A DNA stretch of 64,000 bases from Acidimicrobiia bacterium (GCA_033720975.1 JAWWBL010000001.1:8611-72610), one strand, 5' to 3'; counted from the first letter of the stretch, positions 54,681 through 63,104 are shown. The notes: generated from the sequence alone by a model not told the origin. Made by a program: numbers and translations.

Positions 54681-56023
54681 TTCAGAGAAGGCGCCTCGAC
54701 CGAGTACAGCTGCCACTCCCCGTCGAAGCCTTTCAAATGGTGGGATCCTCGATCGGCAAAGACGATGTCAGATCCCACGACCAGGTCACGAACCGTCCTA
54801 GAGACCATGATCTGGCCCGGTGCGGCCGCCGACATCACTCTCGACGCCAGGTGCACCGCCACACCTCCGACGTCGTCGCCCCGCACCTCAACCTCGCCCG
54901 CGTGGATACCGGTCCGAAGCGTGACATCGACCCTGGCTATCTCCCGGCTCAAGCTCTCAGCACAGCGGATCGCTCGTCCGGGGCCGTCGAAAATCGCCAA
55001 CGCTCCGTCGCCGGTGCTCTTGACCAATTCGCCGCTGTTGATCTCCACGATTCGTCGCGTGGTCGAGTCGTGCACATCGAGAAGGGCGCGCCACTCGCGG
55101 TCACCCAGTTGCCCGGCACGGCGGGTTGAGTCGACGATGTCGGTGAACATGACCGTCGCCAAACGCCGGTCGGTCACGCCTGGTGACGCTTCGGACCCCA
55201 CGACGAACTTCTCGATGATCGAGAGGACTTCGTCCGGGTGTTCCCAGTACGGAGTGGCGTCCGTGCCTTCGAGCTCGACGAATTCGGCGCCTTCGATGCG
55301 CTCGGCGACGTATCTGCCGAGCTCAATGGGGATCGCAGGATTGTCCTTGACATGGGTGACCAACGTCGGCACCTGGATCGCGGGTAGCAGCGCGCGTGCA
55401 TCGGAACTGAAGTTCTGCTGCATGTAGGCTCGCGCTGCGGCTGGGCTAGCCACCGAGCGCTGGACCTTCGCCATCCAGTTCATGAACGCACGGTCGCCTA
55501 CCTTGCTCGGTATCCAGAGGCTGGCGCCATCAGGTGTGCCCCATGCGTCACCGATCCTCCGGCTCAATTCCTCGACAGCGTCGGCGGGATACCCAATTGG
55601 GTAATCGTCAGTCGCGGAGAGGCGGGCATAGGTGCAATGGAGAACCAGGGAGTGCACTCGTTCTGGGTGATTGGCCGCAAAAAGCAGTGTGGTGGGTCCT
55701 CCATCGCCGCCACCCAAGAGGGTCGCGTTCTCGCTCCCAACGGCGTCCATCACGCATTCAAGCTCCTCGACAAATGACTCCCATGGGGGAAGGGCGTCGA
55801 GTGGGACTGGATCAGAAGCCCCCGAGCCTCGTCTGTCGAAAACGATCGTCCGGCCCAACCGAGACGCCTTCTGATAGAAGAGCCGGATTCCGGGGTCCTC
55901 CCACTCGATGTCGATGGAGCCCCAAAAACCTGCATTTACGACCAGGTCGGGCGGGCCCTCCCCCATCGTCATGTAATAGATGGCCTGATCGCCGAGGCGG
56001 GCGTAACCGGTTAGCGGCTCCAT
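54677..56023 (-). CDS. Alpha/beta-hydrolase domain fused to a class III adenylate/guanylate cyclase domain (LipJ-like architecture)
   Basis: N-terminal alpha/beta hydrolase fold (VFDRRGSGASD). C-terminal cyclase block VMFTDIVDSTRRA ... KSTGDGALAIFDGP. Confidence 0.8.
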   Translation of the reverse strand: MEPLTGYARLGDQAIYYMTMGEGPPDLVVNAGFWGSIDIEWEDPGIRLFYQKASRLGRTIVFDRRGSGASDPVPLDALPPWESFVEELECVMDAVGSENATLLGGGDGGPTTLLFAANHPERVHSLVLHCTYARLSATDDYPIGYPADAVEELSRRIGDAWGTPDGASLWIPSKVGDRAFMNWMAKVQRSVASPAAARAYMQQNFSSDARALLPAIQVPTLVTHVKDNPAIPIELGRYVAERIEGAEFVELEGTDATPYWEHPDEVLSIIEKFVVGSEASPGVTDRRLATVMFTDIVDSTRRAGQLGDREWRALLDVHDSTTRRIVEINSGELVKSTGDGALAIFDGPGRAIRCAESLSREIARVDVTLRTGIHAGEVEVRGDDVGGVAVHLASRVMSAAAPGQIMVSRTVRDLVVGSDIVFADRGSHHLKGFDGEWQLYSVEAPSLN

Positions 56024-56049
56024 GCGGAAAACCCTATCCCCGCTCCCTT

Positions 56050-56361
56050 ATGGTTGCTCGTGTGGATCACGAGTTCAGCGCCGAACTATGGGAGTACGAG
56101 GGAGAGGCGCCGTGGGTCTTTGTCACTCTCCCGGCCGACCTCGCTGACGAGATCGAAGACCAAGCCCCTCGAGGTGGCTTCGGATCTGTGAAAGTCGAGG
56201 TCAACTGTGGCCAGAGCCTTTGGAGCACCTCTCTGTTTCCGGACAAGAAGTCGGCCTCGTTCGTACTTCCGGTGAAGAAGGAGATCCGGATTGCTGAAGG
56301 GCTGAGTCCCGGGGACCAGGCCAGATTCAAGATCTCGGTGGTCCGGCGGGCGAGCCCCTGA
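56050..56361 (+). CDS. DUF1905-family small protein
   Basis: MVARVDHEFSAELWEYEGEAPWVFVTLP ... VKVEVNCGQSLWSTSLFP matches the DUF1905 beta-barrel family. Start trimmed from the track ORF 55534... My own reading of the nucleotide text put the ATG one position earlier, so treat the coordinate as +/-1. Confidence 0.6.
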   Translation: MVARVDHEFSAELWEYEGEAPWVFVTLPADLADEIEDQAPRGGFGSVKVEVNCGQSLWSTSLFPDKKSASFVLPVKKEIRIAEGLSPGDQARFKISVVRRASP

Positions 56362-56519
56362 AACGCGAACGGCGCCGCACCCCTCCGGGCGGCGCCGCTC
56401 AGATACCTGTCGGCTTTCAATGATCCGATATTGGCCCACCGGAACACCGACGGTTCTCGATGAAGATCGGCGGCGCGCCGACAGTGTCTAGAGGATCAAT
56501 CGGCGATCGCCCGAACGGA

Positions 56520-57026
56520 CTAGTTCGAAGATCGTGATCTGTCTTCAGCCAAGATCTCCTCGATCTGGCCCAGCGCGCTGGTGATGCCCTCTTCCATTCC
56601 CATCTCGAGCACTTTCTCCATCGCCGCAGAGTTCTCGTATCGCGTCGTGATCGTCATGCGAGTGCGGCCGTCGCCCTGGTCCTCGATTGCAACCGTTGAC
56701 CTCGATATTGGGAGATCGACGTTCTCGGAACCGTCCTGGTTTGCGAAGTAATCCTCGAACTCGAGCAGATTCGGAGCCTCGACGCCCAACACGCGCCAAC
56801 CCCCATGGAACTTCTCCCCTTCTGGGGATGTCATGTAATAGCTGACAACTCCGCCTGCGGTGAGGTCGTGATGTACCACTGTCGCCGGGTGGGAAGGCGG
56901 CCCCCACCACCTCTCGAGCTGACGGGGATCGGACCAAAGTCGCCAAATCCGTTCTGTGGGGGCCTCGTACACGGCCGCAACAGTGAAGGTCGCGGAATCT
57001 CTGTCGGTTGTGACCGTCGGGGTCAT
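56520..57026 (-). CDS. SRPBCC-superfamily protein (AHSA1/activator-of-Hsp90-ATPase-like)
   Basis: FEAPTERIWRLWSDPRQLERWWGP motif. Classic genomic partner of ArsR regulators. A 4-nt overlap with the arsR-like gene. Confidence 0.7.
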   Translation of the reverse strand: MTPTVTTDRDSATFTVAAVYEAPTERIWRLWSDPRQLERWWGPPSHPATVVHHDLTAGGVVSYYMTSPEGEKFHGGWRVLGVEAPNLLEFEDYFANQDGSENVDLPISRSTVAIEDQGDGRTRMTITTRYENSAAMEKVLEMGMEEGITSALGQIEEILAEDRSRSSN

Positions 57027-57379
57027 CTCGTTTCTCCTTCGGTGAGTTGAGCAGCGAGGACTTCGCCAAAGAGGTTGATTCGATCTCGCCAGAGTTGCTC
57101 GATCTCGTCGAGGACCTCTCGTGCCGTGTCCAGGGCTCGGGGTTGGGGTCTGACCAGCTGTTCTCTGCCGCTCCGATGCTTACGAACCAAACCCGCTGAC
57201 TCGAGCACCGATACATGCTTCTGCACTGCAGTGACGCTCATGTCGTAGTTACGGGCCAGGGCCGAGACCGAGAGGTCGCCGATCGCGGCCCGCACGACGA
57301 TGTCCCTTCTGGTGGCATCGGCGAGGGCACGGAACAGACGATCCACCTCGTCGCTACTCAGAGCAGTATCTACAACCAT
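57023..57379 (-). CDS. ArsR/SmtB-family transcriptional regulator
   Basis: LFRALADATRRDIVVRAAIGDLSVSALARNYDMSVTAVQKHVSVLESAGLV winged HTH. Start set at the ATG centred in the 24-bp palindrome; the track ORF begins 6 codons earlier. Confidence 0.8.
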   Translation of the reverse strand: MVVDTALSSDEVDRLFRALADATRRDIVVRAAIGDLSVSALARNYDMSVTAVQKHVSVLESAGLVRKHRSGREQLVRPQPRALDTAREVLDEIEQLWRDRINLFGEVLAAQLTEGETR

Positions 57380-57391
57380 ATGGTTGTAGAT
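57368..57391. promoter_or_regulatory. 24-bp perfect palindrome ATCTACAACCAT|ATGGTTGTAGAT overlapping the arsR start codon; candidate ArsR operator
   Basis: Exact reverse-complement symmetry read directly from the sequence. Positioned at the 5' end of the arsR-SRPBCC operon. Confidence 0.6.
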
Positions 57392-57430
57392 AAGCACATG
57401 AGATGGATCATGTCAAGGGGGTTTGAAGTT

Positions 57431-58057
57431 TCACTCCTTGTCGACTTCCGGTGTCAATAGCCCGCTACGGCTCGCCCAGATCAACGCTTCGGTGCGATTG
57501 CGCACCCCGATTCGTGTGTACAGGCTCCTGAGGAGCCGGAACATCGCCCGCTCCGAGTACCCATTGTGAGCCGCCAGATCGGAGACGGTCTGTCCTTCCG
57601 CCATAGCCTGTAACCATCCAGCTTCATCGTCGGTCAGCCACCCCTCGAAGTCATCGCTGTCAGGCGTGGTCTCCGCCATGGCTCGTGCAAATCGATAGGG
57701 CAACGAGACCCGACCATCAAGTGCCTCACCGACCACAGATTGAAATCCTCGAGCGTCATCGTGCTCATCGACGACTGCTGCCGCGCCCGCCCTCATCAGC
57801 CTGGCGACGCGCCCAACTGACGGATCGTCGACAACCGCCACTACCGGAATGTCCTCATGAAGGTCGACATGAGCCTGGATCTTGCCTTCGTCTCCCCGGC
57901 CTTCGACGAGGGCCACGACCGCGCTCCCTCCGATCCCGGGCTGCCACACGTCCAAGGCTTCGAAGAACGCTGTCTCATAACCGCACTCCTCGAGCATCGA
58001 CGCCATACCACGACGCCATGCCTCGGATCCTCCGGCGACCGCGATCTTGTGGGACAT
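57431..58057 (-). CDS. LuxR-family transcriptional regulator with a degenerate N-terminal receiver-like domain
   Basis: C-terminal HTH LTDDEAGWLQAMAEGQTVSDLAAHNGYSERAMFRLLRSLYTRIGVRNRTEALIWA. N-terminal ~130 aa receiver-like fold lacking a clear phospho-acceptor context. Confidence 0.7.
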   Translation of the reverse strand: MSHKIAVAGGSEAWRRGMASMLEECGYETAFFEALDVWQPGIGGSAVVALVEGRGDEGKIQAHVDLHEDIPVVAVVDDPSVGRVARLMRAGAAAVVDEHDDARGFQSVVGEALDGRVSLPYRFARAMAETTPDSDDFEGWLTDDEAGWLQAMAEGQTVSDLAAHNGYSERAMFRLLRSLYTRIGVRNRTEALIWASRSGLLTPEVDKE

Positions 58058-58212
58058 CCATTGAACCTACCGCTTCGGCTCACGCTGGCAGACGACTGCC
58101 AAACACAGTCAGGTGCCCCTTGGGTCGCGTCATTGACCGGCAGGCTCATATGCCCCGAAGATCTACTCGTCGGCCTCGATTCCAATTGGTGGAATCGGAA
58201 AGGAGAAAAAAA

Positions 58213-59034
58213 ATGGCTGAAGAGTCAGCGACCGGAAAGGTACAAGAGAGTATCTCCGGTGTGTTGAAGGGAACCGGCGGAATCGTATCGGGCGCAGCTG
58301 ACGTCGCACGTGACGTCGCAGTGACCACGCTTGGAAACGCCAAGGATGTTGCGGGCGCGATCGGTAGCACTGCGTCCGGCATCGTGGGTGGCGCATTGCG
58401 TGCCGTTCAGGATGTTGGGACCGGCCTGGTCAGAACCGTGAAAGGTGTGATCGTCGGCATCATCGAAGGTGTTGGCGAGGTCGCGACGGTGTCTGCCGGG
58501 ACTATCGCGGACACGGTTCGGGCTGCCTTCCAGGGCACCCGTGACGTTGGCGAGAGCGTGACCCACACGGCGTCGGCAATCGCCGAGGGAGTCGTCACCG
58601 CCGCCAAGAGAACCGGGATCAGTCTCGGCGACGCGGCTCTCACCCTGGGCAAATCCGTCATTGGTGGTCTCGGGGAGATGACCAGCGAAGTGATGGGCGT
58701 CGCCAAGAGCACCGTTTCGGGCGTCGTGACGGGCGTTGCCGAAGTCGGTGCAGATACGTTGGAGGCCGTGAAGGCCACGACCAAGGGCATCATCTCCGGT
58801 GCCGGGGAGGTGGGTGCTGACATCGCCGAGGCGACGTCAGGCGCTCTTTCGGGTGCAATTGATGGCGCCAAGAAGGTGGGCCTCAGTGCCGAGGATGCGG
58901 TCTCCGCAGCTGCGGAAGGCGCTCTCGAAGCCGCCGAGGAGATCGGCGAGGCCGCGGTTCACGCGGTCCGCGACGTCGCCGCCAGTGGTGTTGATGGCGT
59001 GAAGGCCGTCCTCAAGGGCGATCAAGACACCTAG
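58213..59034 (+). CDS. Gly/Ala/Val-rich protein built of ~20 tandem 11-residue amphipathic repeats (apolipoprotein/alpha-synuclein-like 11-mer periodicity)
   Basis: Successive units VKGVIVGIIEG / VGEVATVSAGT / IADTVRAAFQG / ... / VRDVAASGVDG keep an 11-residue register. Preceded by an AT-rich leader GGAAAGGAGAAAAAAAATG. The track ORF 57685.. is a 5' extension. Confidence 0.6.
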   Translation: MAEESATGKVQESISGVLKGTGGIVSGAADVARDVAVTTLGNAKDVAGAIGSTASGIVGGALRAVQDVGTGLVRTVKGVIVGIIEGVGEVATVSAGTIADTVRAAFQGTRDVGESVTHTASAIAEGVVTAAKRTGISLGDAALTLGKSVIGGLGEMTSEVMGVAKSTVSGVVTGVAEVGADTLEAVKATTKGIISGAGEVGADIAEATSGALSGAIDGAKKVGLSAEDAVSAAAEGALEAAEEIGEAAVHAVRDVAASGVDGVKAVLKGDQDT

Positions 59035-59112
59035 CCACACAGAAGAGAGGTAGGGATTCCCTACCTCTCTTTCTCGTTGTTCAGCTCGGGCCCCCGCAGC
59101 CGGCTGTGGCGC

Positions 59113-59826
59113 CTAGTCAGCGATCGATTCGACGAGTTGACGGAATGCTCCCGCTGCACCGGAACGGATCGAAGGAGAATGCCCGAAGACTGCAACGCCA
59201 AAGTCCTGCTCCGCAAGGTGGCGAATGCTTGCGTCAATCAACGGCGTGGAACGGTTGAAGTAGCCGCGAACCACCTGGCCGCTCTTGGTCGCCTTGGCCG
59301 CATCTCCGACGAAAGCGACACCGCCGCCTCGACCCAGCAGATACGAGGTGTGCCCAGGTGTATGGCCGGGAGTGTCCAGCGGACGTAAGCCCCCAGGAAG
59401 ATGCAGTTTCGGGTCTTCGGTGACGAGGTGGTCCACCGTCACCGGATGGGCACGGGGGAGGACCTGCACGAGCCATTTGAACGGTAGGGCGTAGAACGGA
59501 ACGGGGGGCGCCGGCGTCTTCTCCTCACCCTGTATCGCCGGGGCATCGGCTCTGGAGGCGTACACCTCCGCGCCCGATTCGTCCTTGACGGCGGCTGCGT
59601 TGCCAGTGTGATCATTGTGGGAGTGGGTCAACACGATCGCGGTCACGTCTCCAACAGAGCGACCGATCCCGGCAAGGGCTTTCGCTATCAGCCCTTCAGT
59701 CCTGGGAAGACCCGTGTCCACGAGAACGATCCCCTCATCGCCATCAATGAGGAAGGAGTTAACTGGCGCAGAGCCGATTTGATATACACCGTCGACAATC
59801 GATTCAACTGCCACCAGATCCTCCAC
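59113..59826 (-). CDS. MBL-fold metallo-hydrolase
   Basis: LTHSHNDHTGN (HxHxDH) zinc-binding motif, plus downstream His/Asp ligands (DTPGHTPGH). Confidence 0.8.
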   Translation of the reverse strand: MEDLVAVESIVDGVYQIGSAPVNSFLIDGDEGIVLVDTGLPRTEGLIAKALAGIGRSVGDVTAIVLTHSHNDHTGNAAAVKDESGAEVYASRADAPAIQGEEKTPAPPVPFYALPFKWLVQVLPRAHPVTVDHLVTEDPKLHLPGGLRPLDTPGHTPGHTSYLLGRGGGVAFVGDAAKATKSGQVVRGYFNRSTPLIDASIRHLAEQDFGVAVFGHSPSIRSGAAGAFRQLVESIAD

Positions 59827-60010
59827 TCATCAGCAACTAGACGCCAAACCTAATGATGGCCTGCCTCCGCGGGCTCGCCAGACCCGTCACCCGCATCGTC
59901 GTTGATGAGAATCGCCCCGGTTCGACGCGACCGCTATTCCCTTCCCAGTCTTGAGGAGCCAAGGGCGGTCGATATACTTCGGCGGTCGCCCGGCACTACC
60001 GGGAATTCCA

Positions 60011-60085
60011 GGGAGCGTAGAACAGTCTGGAGTGTTCGCCGGCCTGTCAAGCCGGAGGTCGCGGGTTCAAATCCCGTCGTTCCCG
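60011..60085 (+). tRNA. tRNA-Asp (anticodon GTC)
   Basis: Folded by hand. Acceptor GGGAGCG/CGTTCCC (one G-U), D-arm GAAC...GTTC, anticodon stem CCGGC/GCCGG with loop CTGTCAA, T-arm GCGGG-TTCAAAT-CCCGT. Confidence 0.75.
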
Positions 60086-60117
60086 CCCCATCGGAATCGA
60101 GAGGTTTCGGTTGAGGA

Positions 60118-60190
60118 GGTCAGGTAGCTCAGTTGGTAGAGCGCCGGTCTGAAAAACCGGAGGTCGACGGATCGACGCCGTCCCTGACCA
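60118..60190 (+). tRNA. tRNA-Phe (anticodon GAA)
   Basis: Acceptor GGTCAGG/CCTGACC, D-arm GCTC-AGTTGGTA-GAGC, anticodon stem CCGGT/ACCGG with loop CTGAAAA, T-arm GACGG-ATCGACG-CCGTC, discriminator A. Confidence 0.85.
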
Positions 60191-60224
60191 CTACCCGGTG
60201 GATGCCCGGACGACGGCTCCCAGT

Positions 60225-60458
60225 TCACTGGTCGCGGAAGTCCTCGCGCATCTCCCCGACAGCCTGATCATGGGTGAGGATCCGCTCGAGTCCTTTATTG
60301 AACTCTTCGACGATCCCCCACCGATAGAACGCACGCTGCGTCGAAGACAGGCTCGACATACGCTGGGTGAGGGCCTCGCGATCAACCCAAAATTCGGCCC
60401 TCTGGTCGGAATCGAGATCGGTTCGCCATCCGCATACGTCGGCAACTGAGTAGTCCAT
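60225..60458 (-). CDS. Hypothetical small protein (77 aa)
   Basis: ORF immediately 3' of tRNA-Phe. Coding-like composition but no motif recognised. It competes with an overlapping 154-aa minus-strand ORF that I consider less likely. Confidence 0.3.
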   Translation of the reverse strand: MDYSVADVCGWRTDLDSDQRAEFWVDREALTQRMSSLSSTQRAFYRWGIVEEFNKGLERILTHDQAVGEMREDFRDQ

Positions 60459-60481
60459 CCCGGGAAGCTAGCGCATCGAAC

Positions 60482-61486
60482 GTGTTCCAAACTCGCTGCC
60501 TCACGACGACACAGGCCCGCTTCCTGGATGCGGGGATTCAGCTCGAAGCGCGTAGACTGGTCCCACCCACTGCAAGGATTCCGTTGGCCAAGACCGAGAA
60601 GCTCGAACTCGTCAAGGCCATCGAGCACGAAGTCGAAAGACTCACCGCTGAGCACCTAGAGCGCCGCTCCGACTGGTACTACCACGACATCGTTCCCTGG
60701 GAGCGCGGAAAGAGTTACAGGGACAAGCCGTGGGATCCCTCCCAGGTGACCATTTCCGAGAACGCCAGAACGTCGCTCGTCCTCAATCTTCTCACCGAGG
60801 ACAACCTTCCCTACTACCACTCACTCATCGAGAAACACATGCCGAAGGGCTCTGCTTTCGTGCGGTGGAACCGTCTGTGGACCGCCGAGGAGGCTCAGCA
60901 CTCGATCGCGATCCGTAGCTACTTACTTACCTCCCGCAACACCGACCCCTACCAACTCGAAGATGATCGCAAGGCAACGATGATCAACGGTTACCAGCCC
61001 ACCTACGACGACCCCACCGAGATCTTCGCCTACACCGCGACCCAGGAATTGGCGACGCGGGTGAGCCATCGCAATGCGGGGAAGATCACCGACGACCCGG
61101 CCGCATACGAACTGATGAAGAACATCGCCGCAGACGAGAACCATCACTTCATCTTCTACAAGGAGGTGATGCGGGCCATGCTCGACCGCGCCCCTCAGCT
61201 AGTCCTCGACAGCATCTTCCGCGTGTTCGACAACTTCGAGATGCCTGGCGTCGCCATGCCCAACTTCTTGCGTCGATCGATTCAGGTGGCCAAGGCCGGG
61301 GTCTACAACCTCCGCATCCACCACGACCGTGTGCTCACGCCGCTGATCAAAGATTGGGGGATAGCCCGCCTATCCGGTCTAACCCCGCATGCGGCCGAGA
61401 TGCAGGAGAAGATCATGGCGCTGCCCGACCTGATAATGCGCAAAGCCGAGGTCTTCGAGAAGCGGGTAGGGCTGGGCTATGCCTGA
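60482..61486 (+). CDS. Acyl-[acyl-carrier-protein] desaturase (soluble di-iron desaturase, DesA-like)
   Basis: Di-iron ligand helices with EExxH-type motifs (WTAEEAQHSIAI; AADENHHFIFY) and overall similarity to stearoyl-ACP desaturase-family layout. Start uncertain. Confidence 0.75.
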   Translation: MFQTRCLTTTQARFLDAGIQLEARRLVPPTARIPLAKTEKLELVKAIEHEVERLTAEHLERRSDWYYHDIVPWERGKSYRDKPWDPSQVTISENARTSLVLNLLTEDNLPYYHSLIEKHMPKGSAFVRWNRLWTAEEAQHSIAIRSYLLTSRNTDPYQLEDDRKATMINGYQPTYDDPTEIFAYTATQELATRVSHRNAGKITDDPAAYELMKNIAADENHHFIFYKEVMRAMLDRAPQLVLDSIFRVFDNFEMPGVAMPNFLRRSIQVAKAGVYNLRIHHDRVLTPLIKDWGIARLSGLTPHAAEMQEKIMALPDLIMRKAEVFEKRVGLGYA

Positions 61487-61781
61487 CCACTCGTCAACCA
61501 CAGGAGCCATGTTTGCCCGAGAGCAAGAACTGAGGGCAATGAGCGACCAGGAGTTGAGCGCCGAGTGGGTTCGGGCGATGACCGTCGAGATCGATCCTGA
61601 TAACCGAACCGCCCAACTAGCTACCATCGACGAGGTCGTGGCCGAAATCAATGCTCGCTCTGAACGAGCGCCGTCCACCTCCCTCATTATCACTCCCGAC
61701 GACGCGCTTGCAGTCAGCGAGTACCTGAAGAGCACCATCACCGCTGGCGGTACGGGTTGGTATGAGGAAGAACCCGCCTAG
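61479..61781 (+). CDS. Hypothetical protein (100 aa), translationally coupled to the desaturase
   Basis: 8-nt overlap with the desaturase stop. No recognisable motif. Confidence 0.4.
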   Translation: MPDHSSTTGAMFAREQELRAMSDQELSAEWVRAMTVEIDPDNRTAQLATIDEVVAEINARSERAPSTSLIITPDDALAVSEYLKSTITAGGTGWYEEEPA

Positions 61782-62168
61782 CGGTCAGCGATCTTCGGCG
61801 TCCTCAGAGTCCCTTTCATTCCGCTCACGATCCTCGAGACGTTCCCGTTCGTGGCGTGCGTGCGATTCCTTTCGCTCACGTTCGTGGCGTTCTGCGTCCT
61901 CTTTGCGTTCTCGCTCGTAGCGTTCGGAGTCTGTTTCCACTGGTTAGGCCGTTTCCTCGTTGATTCTAGGCCTCGAGTGTCTCAAGCCTTCCCCCGGCAT
62001 TCTTGACTGGCAGGATCCCTGGTAGCGGTGGAGCGCCATTACAATCACACCATGTCGTGATGCTTTCGGCGACGTTAAACACGAAAGTGAGTTAGGAAGC
62101 TTGGACCTCGCTATCTCCATGCCGTAGGAGACAGCGCAGGTCCTTTTCCTATTGGTTCACGACGTCCG

Positions 62169-62423
62169 TTACTCGGCCTCGAGTCCGAGTTCGACAAAGA
62201 TACGATGCCGCTCGTCGCTGTAGTCGTCGTGCGACACCTCGCCCGATTGGTACCGAGCACTCAGGCGCGCGAATTGCTGCATGAGGGCATCTTCCTCCGC
62301 CTTGGTCATCTCATCGCCGTCCGACTCCCGGGAAAAGCGTGCTTCCCGCTTCCGGGCCTGCTTCTCTTGTCGGGCTTTCTCACGATTCCGCTTCTGGAAG
62401 CTCTCGCGACCGCGGTTCCCCAT
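62169..62423 (-). CDS. Small charged hypothetical protein (84 aa)
   Basis: 15 nt downstream of the RRM gene on the same strand. Basic N-terminus (KRNREKARQEKQARKREARF). Confidence 0.4.
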   Translation of the reverse strand: MGNRGRESFQKRNREKARQEKQARKREARFSRESDGDEMTKAEEDALMQQFARLSARYQSGEVSHDDYSDERHRIFVELGLEAE

Positions 62424-62438
62424 CTAGACCGGCGCGGT

Positions 62439-62690
62439 TCAGGATCGGGGTTTGGCGATGTTGACCTTCAGCGACCGTCCGTCGAGATCGCGTCCGTTGA
62501 GGGCCTCGATGGCCGAGTTGGCCGCCTCTCTGCTCTGCATTTCCACGAAACCGAAGCCTCTTGATCTGCCGGTGTCACGATCGGTCACCACTTGGGCGTT
62601 AGTTACCTGCCCATGCTCAGCGAAGAGACTCTCGAGTTGGCTTGTGGACGTCTGGAATGAAAGATTCCCAACATAGATATTGGCTGACAT
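62439..62690 (-). CDS. RNA-binding protein with a single RRM (RNP-1 RGFGFVEM, RNP-2 IYVGNL)
   Basis: MSANIYVGNLSF ... RGFGFVEM are canonical RNP-2/RNP-1 motifs. 83 aa. Confidence 0.85.
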   Translation of the reverse strand: MSANIYVGNLSFQTSTSQLESLFAEHGQVTNAQVVTDRDTGRSRGFGFVEMQSREAANSAIEALNGRDLDGRSLKVNIAKPRS

Positions 62691-63060
62691 TGCATGCTCC
62701 TTTGAGCTCGTACCGTCGTTGGATCACCGAGCGCCGGATTTATCGCCAAATTTGACGACTCACTCAGGCTGCAACATCCGACGGAACGAAGAAGCAAGCA
62801 AGGCGTGGCACACAAATGGCGTGTGCACAGTTCAAGGTTAACCACGACGCGGGCTCATCCGGACATCAGGACTCGGACGCCGGGTGGCTTTGAGGTCCGC
62901 CAACTGTTTGGGGAGGCAGTGCGGATGCAAACCAATCTGCAAACGCACTGGAGCAAACAAGGGGCACAGGATCACGCAAGCGGCACGTCAGCACAGCCGA
63001 ATCCTCTTGTCCTGCCTCATGCGAGGGCACATTGCGACACAGGAGGCTAAGTGGCTCAAC

Positions 63061-63104
63061 GGTCTGAAAACCGGAGGTCGACGGATCGACGCCGTCCCTG
63101 ACCA
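63061..63104 (+). repeat. 44-nt direct repeat of the 3' half of tRNA-Phe (anticodon-stem to discriminator); candidate attR
   Basis: GGTCTGAAAACCGGAGGTCGACGGATCGACGCCGTCCCTGACCA equals tRNA-Phe 60146..60190 apart from one A deleted from the anticodon-loop A-run. Sequence upstream of it diverges from the tRNA. Confidence 0.8.

Noticed and set aside
55534-56049. 5' part of a 275-aa plus-strand ORF
   Set aside because: It lies antisense to the well-supported hydrolase-cyclase gene and is Arg/Pro-rich. Only the C-terminal DUF1905 segment is credible. My own reading of the nucleotide text around 56041..56100 differed from the track frame by one base, so treat that coordinate as +/-1.
60191-60655. 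154-aa minus-strand ORF overlapping both the 77-aa ORF and the desaturase 5' end
   Set aside because: Ser/Gly/Arg-rich low-complexity translation. It overlaps the motif-supported desaturase and is likely a shadow ORF.
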